DNA from: Podarcis gaigeae
Taxonomy: Eukaryota
Assembly: GCA_964106915.2 (NCBI GenBank)
Contig: OZ066919.1
DNA: 64,000 nt
Direction: 5' to 3' (one strand)
Shown: piece after piece, positions 1 to 11,400 of the stretch
How positions within the stretch are numbered: position 1 is the stretch's first letter
How the letters are laid out: the number at the start of each line of letters is the position of its first letter
The notes under the pieces: generated by a model
What the model was told of the DNA's origin: nothing
The model's input: the letters and a program-made list of their open reading frames with translations, nothing else
Database searches by the model: none
Translations under genes and position numbers: made by a program

Positions 1-2153
1 CCCCCCCCCCCAATCTGTCCACTAGTAACTCTGGGCATGGTTATGGGAACTGGGCAGCCGTATTGAATGCATTTGGTTTGGAGTCAGACCACTGTAGCCT
101 GCAGGACTGATTTATGCATGAACATGCATAGAGGGTTGACCCCAATAATAATTTAGGGACGTTATAGGTTGTTGGGGGAATGTAGGGACTTGCTTTCCTT
201 CTTTCGGTGCAATGAAATATATATTGTCAAGAGTGAAGCTGTGCTCTTCTCTGATAAAGTATAAGGGAGTAATTCAAGAGTATATGTATTTAATCTTAAA
301 ACATCTAGATGAAAGTTTTACGGAAAATCCATATCTCAAAATAATATATGATGTAATAGTTGCAAGTAAGTCCTGAAAGCCTAGCTGCTCATGGAAATGT
401 TATTTAATATGCAGCGTGCAGTTGACACCATAAGATTCTAAAACAAGTGCATATATTCAAAACTAAATAGTTGAATAGTTGTCATCTTTTTAAGTGTTTG
501 GGGTGAGAGTGAGCTCCAGATAACAAGCCTGTGATGAAGCAAATTAAACGTTTTAAGATGAGAATGATCCTTAATGCAGCTTGTCAGGGCTCCAAAATAC
601 AAAACCACAAGAGTATAGCAAGTTCTGCTTGTCACACTACTAGTCATTATGTTTTAAGAGAAGGAAATGGTTAAGTGGAAGGGTAAGATTGCAGAACAAC
701 TCTGCATATGGCAACTTTGGAAGGTTGCACAAAGCTTTTGCATAACAGTTTAAAGGGAACTTCTAGTATGATCTTCTTTCCATAGGGTTCAGTGAACCAG
801 GTTACATTGTTGACATGGTTGGTTTTCATAATTTGTGACCGCTTCTCAGTGTGTATTATCATGTAATATCATGCATGTTGCTTTAAAACGAAGACTAAGT
901 AGTTGCAGGTATGTTTATATGAAATGCTTAGTGGAAGTGGTCAGTTATCTGGCTTGGTCCTGCTTAAAACTATTGACTGTAAAAGGTCTGGAATTCAGAT
1001 TTAATCCTTATTTCTTGTTTAATTATTTATCCAGTAAATTAATGAAAGTCATTTGTGAACCCAAACTGATAGGTATTTTTCAGCCAAATCACAGTTTCAA
1101 GTATTGCTTGCTTTGTAAAGCTGTGGGAGAGGCATAGATTACAGCAAAAGAGTTTGATCAAGTTAATGTGTTTTATAATCGGCTATTGACAAACCAAATC
1201 ATCTCTTCAAAAAGCAACTAAGATTTATAAATCACTTTATATTTTAAAAATAGAAAGTTGCTTTTAAAAGCAGTAGTATTTCATCTTGCATTTTTAACAA
1301 TATCTATTTAGGTGTTCTGGGGAGAAAATTGGACTTAATTGATTGTGACATAGAAATTGATTAATTGAAACTTGTGTAAATGAAGTCCTCAGAGGTTTGG
1401 CTTAAAGATTTAAATATTACAATTTTCTATGTGAAATACACAATTTCTTATTACTATAACTCCTTCACATTATTACCATTTTAATATTGACATTGTAATG
1501 AGAATACGTTACCCATATCGTGTACCTGCTAAAACTTCCACTTTGGCCAGTGCTCATGCTTCCATGAAACATGCAATCATTGCTCTCTGCAGTTTTCTAT
1601 AGCATATATAGGGTGTAGAAACAGAGGATTTGCCTTATATATCAACTTTTTTCACAGATGCAAAATGTGAATCTCTAGTGCATACATCTTAGAATTGTAG
1701 CAGGTGAAGTAACCTAACTTGTTTTGGTGGTGAAATGCATTGAAATGTGTATTTCAGTACTAAAGATGTAGGATTTTTAAAAAAAATACACACACATCCC
1801 TTTAATTCTAGTGATACTGTGCTCCCTATATCTTTGAAAAGTTTTGAAATCAAGTTCCTTTGTGCTTTGGTATACAGCTTCAAATCTGGAAATGGCTTGA
1901 TAAGAGTAGCACATTTTAAGATAATGCAGTGTGGAATATATTTTCAAATACATACTACTGCTACTACTAATATACTTTAGTAATTTTAAGAGTTTGTATG
2001 TGGGCTGTGTATGTTGAGTATGTGGGATTGTTTTAATAGAATAACATTTTTAATATGAAAAAGGTATATTCAACAACTTAGCATTTAAATTATGTTGTAT
2101 TCCTGTTCTCTTTTCAACTGACTCATATTTGTTTCTGTTTTTTCTTCCCTCAG

Positions 2154-2235
2154 GACACTATTTTGCTTGGCAGATGGACCATAAACAACACTGAATGTTA
2201 ACTCTGGAAATTTCATAAGCATTGCAGTGGCTGGG
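2154..2235 (+). other. ARHGAP29: 5'UTR part of first coding exon
   Basis: Strong polypyrimidine tract and CAG acceptor ending 2153 (tttctgttttttcttccctcag); upstream exon(s) not identified in window. Confidence 0.7.
2174..2218 (+). promoter_or_regulatory. Two back-to-back uORFs (MDHKQH*, 2174-2194; MLTLEIS*, 2195-2218)
   Basis: ATG...TGA immediately followed by ATG...TAA, same frame as each other, out of frame with the main ATG 2236. Confidence 0.6.
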
Positions 2236-2497
2236 ATGTTGCGACAGAACGGTGGTGGCAACAAGCGTGGTTTAGGATTAACCAAACTGTCTACCTCCAA
2301 TTTCTTCACCATCTCTAATTCAGGAACCTGGGGGATGGGGCGCAGCACCAAGAGCAGTTCTTTGAGCAGCATTAGCTCCAACTCGGACTGCTATGACAGC
2401 ACTGTTGTGGACCCAGAGTACATCATGCAACTGGTGAATGATGTCAGGAAATTTGCAGATGTTCTACTTTATTTGAAAGAAGCCATTCTTTCAGAAG
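2236..2497 (+). CDS. ARHGAP29: ARHGAP29 coding exon 1 (MLRQNGGG...LLYLKEAILSE)
   Basis: ATG in GGGATGT context; donor GAAG|GTGTGT, phase 1. Confidence 0.88.
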
Positions 2498-5400
2498 GTG
2501 TGTCAGCTGCTTCTCAATAACTCCCAATAGTTTGAAATGTATTTTTGTAGCTAATTTCTTACTTGCTAGCATATGAGCAAAGAAATGTTTAGAAGGAACA
2601 GTGGCTGTCTTCTCTTGAGTATATTTTGCGGTATACAGGAAGTTGTGGTTTTTACTTTGCTAACTTCCTCTGTGAAACATTGAGCAAGTTGTTTTGTAAA
2701 TGGGCACGTCATAAACAAAATTAAACTTCCCTTTTTTTAAAAAAAACCTTTAAAAATTGGCATCTGGTAAAAATGGAAAAATGTTTAGACTCACTGACTT
2801 CTTTTGAGATAGATTTTTTTTTCTTGAGGGGGTAGTGGCACCATCGTTTGTTAAGCAGTGGCGAAAAGACTGGTGGCAGTGTTGTAGCTTTGGATTTCCT
2901 GATTAAGCAGCAGAGGTTTGGACTAGATGGCTTGCAAAGCCCCATTGAATTCTTAGGATTCTGTTTCATACCTCTGAGCTAAATTATGCCAATCTTCCCA
3001 TTGTTTTGGTTCTGATGTAAATGGGTAAGAAGCAGGCTGATTATACTTGCTCTACTGGTGATGTACAGTAGTATGATTAAGACTAGGGAAGGGGAAACCT
3101 TTTCATCCGTAGAGTCACATTTCCTTTTGGTCAGCTTTCTTGGGCCCATTTCTATTGATAGGTGGAGCAAGAGGCAAAAATGAGTGAAGCAATACCGTTG
3201 AACAATTTGCTAGTTTCTTCGCACCCGCACATCCCCCTCCATCTAGGCAAGCAAGAAACATTATTGGAGTTCCACGAACACATTCCAGCCCTGTAAAAAC
3301 ACCAAATGAGGGTGCAAAAGAGGGCTGGGGAGGGGTGTGTGACCTGGCGAAAGTTCTGAGGGCTTGACAGAGGGGCCTGGAAGGCTGTGTTTGGTTGCTG
3401 GGCCTGAAGTTTCCCATCCCTGATTTAGGTCTGATTTTATACTGATTTAGCTTGTGGGTAACTAGCTAAACATCTCTTACGTTCCTGTTTGAGCTGAAAT
3501 TGAATATCAGTTTTTCTTACAAAATACATTTAAAATAAATTCATAGCCTATTTCAGGAGAATGCTTAAACAGTTGCTCTGTAAAATGAGTGAAGTAGGTC
3601 AGAGTAGCGCTTACTTGAAATAAGGAAAAAAATCCAACAGAAATAAATATAACTTATAATATTGCAGATGTTGAAACTTTCAAGTGGGGATACTGTTTCT
3701 TCATTGTATCCTCTGCGGAGTAAGAACTGAATCCTTCAGACAAGTAGTTTTCAGTACTTAATGGAACATAATATTCATAATATAGGTAAATAAGAAGCTG
3801 GTACCAGCTAACCTGTTATGAATTCCTTTCTAGGAATATTTTCTTTCTTTCTTTCTTTGTAGTAGATTCAAAGCGAGCATTGTGCTTTATAGACCTGTAC
3901 CTTAGCAGAATAAATTTCTGAGAAGATCTGCCAAATGCCCAGTGAGATTGCTTTTGAGCAACAATGATACATTTTCCTCACTTTTTATGCTGCTGTCAAC
4001 AAATCAACAAGAAGTGTGCTCTTATTCTTTTGTTTGAATTCAAAAGTCCCACTTTCTTGCCAATGTATTATAGCAGCTTTGCCTCATCCAACTGAATTAA
4101 GTATATTTATCCTTCTGCTTTTAAAATCAGAACTTTTCTAAGCTTTACATCTTAAAGGAACACAAAGCCATCATACCTATACATGGGCTTTGTTGCAGAA
4201 TCAGCAAACAACACTATCCCATTGTCTCGAGAGCAAGATCTAGATTGTTAGGCATCAGTGAGATCTAAACAATACACTATGAGTATGAAACTTGTTTCTG
4301 TGCATTAAGACTTATTTCCTAACAGTTTCCCCCCACTTTTTTAGGATGTCTGAGATTCTGTTAATCAGCATACAGTTCTCCATTTAGGAGACTTCTGTGC
4401 TTTAGGGGAAATAGTGCTGTCAAAAGGAATTCTCTGTGTTGTATCCTAAAGCAGCATTTGTACCCATAACCTAGTCTTGACTTACGAGTCATGGTACTAA
4501 AATGTAAACACAGATGATTTGTAGCTCCTAGAAAATTTAAGTGAGAAAATGCATGATCCTGTGCTTATAGGTTTTTAACTGCAAGTTTGTGTCTCTGTGC
4601 CTTTATTTATGTGAAGGGCAGCTTTGGTTGTGAGCCCTACTTGTACATGCCTGTGCAGTGCCAACAGATAAATATTCAAAATACATTGAATTTCCTACTT
4701 GGTCCAGTAATGGTGTGGATTTGGTTGTAGAATGAGGTTAAAATTATTTGGATTGGAGATACTGAAATGGGGGACTGCAAGAATTCAAAGTGAGGGTTGC
4801 TGAATGTCTTGCTTACTTCATCTTTTTGCCCCACTCCTTTGCATAACTTCCATAGACAGAAGAAGAAGGTGATGTGGAAGTAGTGATAAATTCTGCTGGC
4901 TATTGCCTCTGAACTCATAATGTTGATGTTTGGCCTCAAATAAAGAATGCAGCCTGTGCATTCTCTTGAGTTTGGCTCTGGCAGATCAGTACAAATGATA
5001 GCTAGGCATTACTTAGTGAACATGGACCAAATTTTCCTAGTCACCCAAACCTTTTAGCTGCATGGCTTTTGATTTTGATGAAGTTTGAGGATTTGGTGGG
5101 AGTTCCATTCTTTCAGTAAGTACAAGTTGTCACTACTACTGCCTAATTGCCATCCTTGGTTGTATATGTTCACACAGGCTATAGATAGGCAGAATAGGAT
5201 TCCGACTCAGTTGCTTTGATATGGGTGTGTTGTGGATCATGTTGTGGATAGTGAAAGTGAAGAATACTTTGGAGGGTGATGTGTGTTGCCATAGACTTTA
5301 CAGCCTTGCTGTTCTGTGATGTAAAATTGAGCATATGTGGTGGTCATATTTAACACATACTCCATAAGGTATGATTTTGAATAATGTTGTTTGGCTTGGT

Positions 5401-8400
5401 GATCTATATTGTAGAGGCATGGAATTGTTTGAAACCCCAATCACTGCTTTTTCCACCATACTGATTAATGTCCAAATAGCTCAAAACCAGTTACTAATGT
5501 TGAAGTTGAAATTAATAGGTGGGCTTAATAATACAAACAAGGAAATGCCAATTTATGAATGGAAATGCCAGTTTATACAAAAAAAATTCCTTCCAGTAGC
5601 ACCTTAAAGACCAACTAAGTTAGTTCTTGGTATGAGCTTTCGTGTGCATGCACACTTCTTCAGATACACAGTTTATGAATGTGGATTCATAAATGACAGT
5701 ATTCCCTGAAACTTGGAATAAAATACTCCTAAATTTGTTTTAGTTACATTTGTATCCCATCCTTCTGCCAGGAAGCTCAGAACAAGTTGTAGTTGGGTCA
5801 GGTAAATTTGGTGCAGGATATAGTTACTCTACTTGATTAAAATCACCTTATGAACTTTATAGCTAATCAGAGCTTTGTCCATATCCGTGGCTAATATTCT
5901 GGTCAATTTATGTCACTGCTGCTAAATGTGAGGGCTGCTGAATAGATTGAGCCGTTTGAGAAAGGAAAGAATTGAGTAGTAGTGGAAGAACAGGGAGTTA
6001 TTGTGCTTTTAACCATTAACCTTTAAAGATTTAATGGTTTTTAATTAAGCTTTTAATCTAGTGACATTTTCAGCTAAAACTTATATGCTGTTAGGATTTT
6101 AGTATGGAGCAGGTTAAAACTCTTAAAGTAAGTACATTGAAAGTTCCTAAAATTTTAGCATCATCTTCAGAGCATGGGGTATGCAAGTAGATTCAATTAA
6201 TTTATATGCTGATCAATATGTTTCTATCATGGTCATTTTGGCAGCATTATGCATTTATTTGGTTAACTTAATATGCATCACTAAAAAAGGTAAAATCACT
6301 GATCACTCTGCTTCAATGTGAACTGGTACACAGCGCTAAACCAGGGTTTATTAAACTATGGTTTATTAAACCCTTATTTGTTTCTTAGTAAACAAACCAG
6401 AGTTAAGCTTTCAAAAAGCACAAAGTGAAACAGTAGTTTGTTGGCTTATGAATCTTGGTTTGTTTTAATTATGGTTTTGCATAACATGAACATATAACCC
6501 TTCCTTAATAACCATGGTTTGTTTGGCCACCTGACACCCAGACACTCACCAAGGCTACAAAGGCACATGGTAAGAGCTGCTTGGAAATAATTCAAATTTA
6601 AGAGAAAGAAGCCATGGGTTTTTTTTCATTTGCTGGAAAACTTATTGGATAAACTTGTGGTTTGTTCATGAAACCTTGGTTTGTGTTGTGTGAACCAGGC
6701 CATTTCTGTTTAAAAAAGTTTACTCCTATTCTCCAGTGACTCTGTAGCCATGGCATTGGTGATATGACCTGAAACAACCGTGGCTCAGTGACAGAGCATC
6801 TGCTTTGCATGCAGAAGGACCTAGGTTCAATCTGCTGCATCACTAGGTATAGCTTGGAATGTCCCTAGTCTGAAACTATGGAGATCTGCTGGCAGTCAGC
6901 ATAAACAAATCTGAACTCAGTGGATCAATAGCCTGATTCATATAAGACAGCTTCTAAGGATGAGGGGAAACCCCAGATTATCAAAATCTTTGAAGTTGTG
7001 TGGAACCTGACCTCAGTTTTTTTTTTGGGGGGGGAGGGTTGGCATAATTGGGCCACAATGAAGAATTAAAAGCAAGGGAAAATAAAATCCTGATCTATAT
7101 GATCATTGTTGGAGGATTCCTGCTCCCATCCCTTCTCACTATGTGCTTTTAAACTATGTGCTTTTTAAGAGTTGTTTCCTCTAGGGTGTAGTGTATGCCT
7201 GTGAATTTCCTCCACAGAAGTACCAAGCATAGTATTGCCTCTCCAAGAGAATGTAATTACAAATAAATCAGCAAATTAACACTTTTCTCACAACCAATAA
7301 TTATAAAACAATGAGGTAAAACTACGGCTCATCAAATCATATTTTATGTAATAGTCACAGACGTCTAGGTTATCAGTAAACCAGACACCCTCCAGTATCA
7401 TCAGGACTTTTACATGGTATGGATTGGCTGCATATCATTATAGGTGCTTCAGATATTATAATATCTGGAAAGCTCTCTTTAGGGTTTGATTATGCTGAGT
7501 AGGACACAGACACCGAATGACAGCTACTTAGAATTCCAATTTGAAAAACAGAGTGTTGTGCAATCTAGAGTGTAGTGAATATATAAAGCTGTGAATGATA
7601 GAGTTGGAAAAGACCTTGAGAGTCATTTAGTCCAACCCCCTGCAATGCAGAAATCTAATCAAATCATTGCTGGGTATGAAATTAATTCTGTGGCTCTTCT
7701 GATACATTGGGTGATTTTTATTGAGTAAGGACATGGTACCACTCCAAGATTAAAATTCACCTGACCATTGGACTGCTTGGTATTGTTGCATGTGCTTTCT
7801 GTATGTGTGGCTGGCTCTGTACAGCTACCATTATGTGCTTTATTAAATTTATTGAATGCTGCTAGGAGTGGATAAGGGATGCGGGTGGCGCTGTGGGTTA
7901 AACCACAGAGCCTAGGACTTGCCGATCAGAAGGTTGGCGGTTCGAATCCCCGTGACGGGGTGAGCTCCTGTTGTTCGGTCCCTGCTCCTGCCCACCTAGC
8001 AGTTCGAAAGCACGTCAAAGTGCAAGTAGATAAATAGGTACCGCTCCGGCAGGAAGGTAAACGGCGTTTCTGTGCGCTGCCCTGGTTTGCCAGAAGCAGC
8101 TTAGTCATGCTGGCCACATGACCTGGAAGCTGTATGCCGGCTCCCTCGACCAATAAAGCGAGATGAGCGCGCAACCCCAGAGTCGGTCACGACTGGACCT
8201 AATGGTCAGGGGTCCCTTTACCTTTACTAGGAGTGGATAAAGTCAATTCTGCTTGTGACTGAATTGCAAGAGGCAACCACAAGTTCCAATGACTCAGTGA
8301 AAATTGCTCCATTATGTATCCCATGAGTTCTGTTCTTCAGACCTTTTGATAACTAGTAAGTGAAGACTTCTGAATATTTCTTCAATTCCTGTAGCTCTCT

Positions 8401-11400
8401 TATGGTGCTTGAAGCTTTGTTTATGCCTGTCTGTGTCTTTAAGGTAACATGGGGCATCCCACACATGCTTCCTTGACAGAGGGAAACTCCAGGCCAAAGG
8501 AATTTTATTGATATATCCAGCACCTGCAAATATCGTTACAGTGGTAACCATAAACCTACGTTTGGTGACCAGTGGAGAGAACATCTAAATATACTTTCTT
8601 ATTGGATTAACATGTTGGAAAATAACTGTGAACAGTTCTGAGAGATTGATTATGCCTCTTTCCAAAAATACTATCAGGCTAGACTGAGATTCTGCAATAG
8701 TGTGGTGCCTACAAGGCTTGGCACAAATACCTGCACATCCTTCCCAGCAAGCCTCTGTAAAAACCCAGGCAAAATTACCTGGCAAAAGAACCTCACCGCA
8801 AGTGGAAAAAGAAACATGAGTGTCAAGCCATTGTGGCTACTAGAAAAAATGTTTGCCAGCAAACATTTGGGGATCTCTGGTAGGGGATTATTTGGGAATA
8901 CATTTTAAGTTGATGTAGATTTAGGTAAATATATCAGTGTTAGCCTCAAGTGTTGAAGGCCCACATTCTCCGTATTCAGATAATTTCAAGAGTATATTGA
9001 ATAATATAGCTATGTTTAAATGATTCAGATTAAATCTATGTACTATCAAAATTACCTGCGAAATCCATGCAATAAATGATAGCTTAGAGTTCCAATTAAC
9101 TTTTAAGTCTCACAATCTAGCTGACTTAAATTGTGATCACCTCCCCTTCCCCCAATCGCATACTCTGCATTCCTTCTGAACAAATGTTCACTTGTTGCTA
9201 TAGTGTCAAAGATCAACAGTTGGTAGGGGTATGTTTCATGAGCAAGTGTAGTTAAGCATTTAAACTCAACTCCTGTGGAACTTTTAATACATTTTTAACT
9301 TAAAATGTATTCTAGAATAGTATTATTAATGCAAGAAACTTTGTTAGCAGTGTTTTGACTCATTCCTATTTTCAGTTTTAAAATACAGTAAATTTTACAC
9401 CATTCCCTTTACTTTTTTCAAAAGATGCATGAAAAAGCATTGAAAATTACTCTTATTCAAAATGCCATATTTTTAGCTTTCATAATTTGTCAGAATTTTT
9501 TAAAAAATCTGAAACTGGTACACTCTGAGGCTTTTTAACAAAATGTGGCCCTTGGGAGACTTCTGTAATTTAGTAAAACAATTTCCTTAGGAATATTACA
9601 TTCCTGTATGTATACATATATTAAAGCCTGTATTAATTTTAAAATGGTGTTCGCCACCATTCATGCAAACAGATCCCAGGGACCTGTGTAGAACTTATCA
9701 TCTAAGGTATGTTTTATGCAGTTTTTTGAGTGAATAATTAAGGGTGGTGAGTAATCTCTCTGAAATTTGATTGTATAGCTGTTAGCATTGTCTTCAAATA
9801 TAGGAACATCCTATAGGAACAGCAGGCAGGGGTGGGACTGGCGTGCGTCCCAGGGGTGTGGCGCACATCCTGTGGGCATGGCGCCCAGCGCAGGTGGGCA
9901 AAAACAATGGCACCCCACCGAGATCGCACTGCTGGGGTGGTGCGCTCTCCCCGCACTCTTCTTCCTCTGCCAGCGTATAGGAACATCCACTTAGCTTGGG
10001 TAAACCCCCATTAAACTCAGTAAGAGGTACTTGAGTAGACTCACAGGATTTTGCTCTTAGGGAAGAAGGAGGGTGAAGCAAAATGCTTTCAGGAAGAACT
10101 TTTAAGTACATGCTTATCTTGCCCATTGAAACCGGTTTGATTTGGAAGTGCTTCATTTTACTTAGATTATACCTACGAGTTTTGAATACTGGAAATTGGG
10201 TAAAATCTTCTTTGACTCTCACTCATTTTTATTACTGTCTAACATTAATTCAAAGGACGTGTAATAACTTGGAACACTTCCATCTTGGTGCTCCTTCATT
10301 AAAACTATAAGTAGGTAGATCTAGTATGTGGTGTTACTGTGTACTCAACCTGACACTCACCATGCAGCTGTTTCCTCAAATTAGGAAACATTACTTGGAT
10401 AAATATTTGCACTGGCATTTCATGTCAACAGTAAGCTGAGTAGGAGATAATTTACTATATATAATTTTTGTGGCATTACATGCCTTCAAAATAGGATAAG
10501 ATACAACTCATCTAGAGCACCAGTGATGACTATTCCATGCCACTAGTTAACTGTCCCTGGGAAGACTTGCAGTGGTATGCAAAACTTAAATAGATGTCGT
10601 CAGTAAGAGACCAGCCATATGTAGATACTATAAAACGCTTCTTGAGTTTACAGAGTATCACAATATAAAACTGCATTTTGTTCAGGAAAATTAATTATAC
10701 CAAATACAGCAGCTAATTTTTTTTTAGTAACCTGTAGTTGCACCTGTTTATGTTTCATATGAGAAATATTATCATATAATATTGTGTTAACTTTACACCA
10801 GCCTAGGTGTGTGATCCCGAAAGCGGTTTCTAAATAAATGAGTAAAGAATTAAATGGTGGTTTTCAGCCATATGCTGTACTATTACTGAAAGTCCACCTG
10901 AATGTTCTTCATTTAGACAGTTTCATCCAAGAGGTTCTTTACATTAGAACCTCCATTATGGATGTTATTTAGCTGTTAAATATTACAATGAATCTGGAAA
11001 ACTCTTTGCAGATGGAAAGCTGTTATGAAGAGGATTCATTTTAAAAAATTAAGTGCTAAAGGAGGCACTTTCCTGTGGGTTTATCCCATGGTGCATCTGT
11101 AGAGCCTGTAGCCACCTGGTCAGGACCAATCAAGTGAGTCTTTCCCACAGAACTGGCATCCTGCCACAGCTTTGTTTTTAAATATTGCAGGAGTGCTGTG
11201 TGATAAGCCTAGAGAAAAACTTGTCTTGCAGTACTCCACAGTTTTTTTTTTAAACGGTGCTTTGTGAGTGTAAAGTTCGGGAAAGAACTGGACCTCATCT
11301 CTTGCCTTTCAATAAAATTTGATGGTTCTTTACATAGCATTTTGAGATGCCTCTCACCACTTGGTCTAACACTTAGCTTACTTAAAAGCATACTGTGTGT

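Noticed and set aside
240-372. Strong donor CAA|GTAAGT at 365/366 as a possible 5'UTR exon
   Set aside because: No convincing acceptor or promoter/CpG island upstream; cannot be supported without RNA data
2498-2520. ORF 2227-2520 read as a single-exon 97-aa protein ending GVSAASQ
   Set aside because: It is exon 1 reading through the GTGTGT donor; homology continues in phase at 25127
7876-7950. tRNA-like A/B boxes (also 6780-6835 and the other SINE heads)
   Set aside because: SINE heads; no complete cloverleaf
8480-8910. Protein-like stretch (PTFGDQWREHL...; ORF 8702-8908)
   Set aside because: Multiple stops and frameshifts; most likely a very old L1-type 3' relic, too degraded to call
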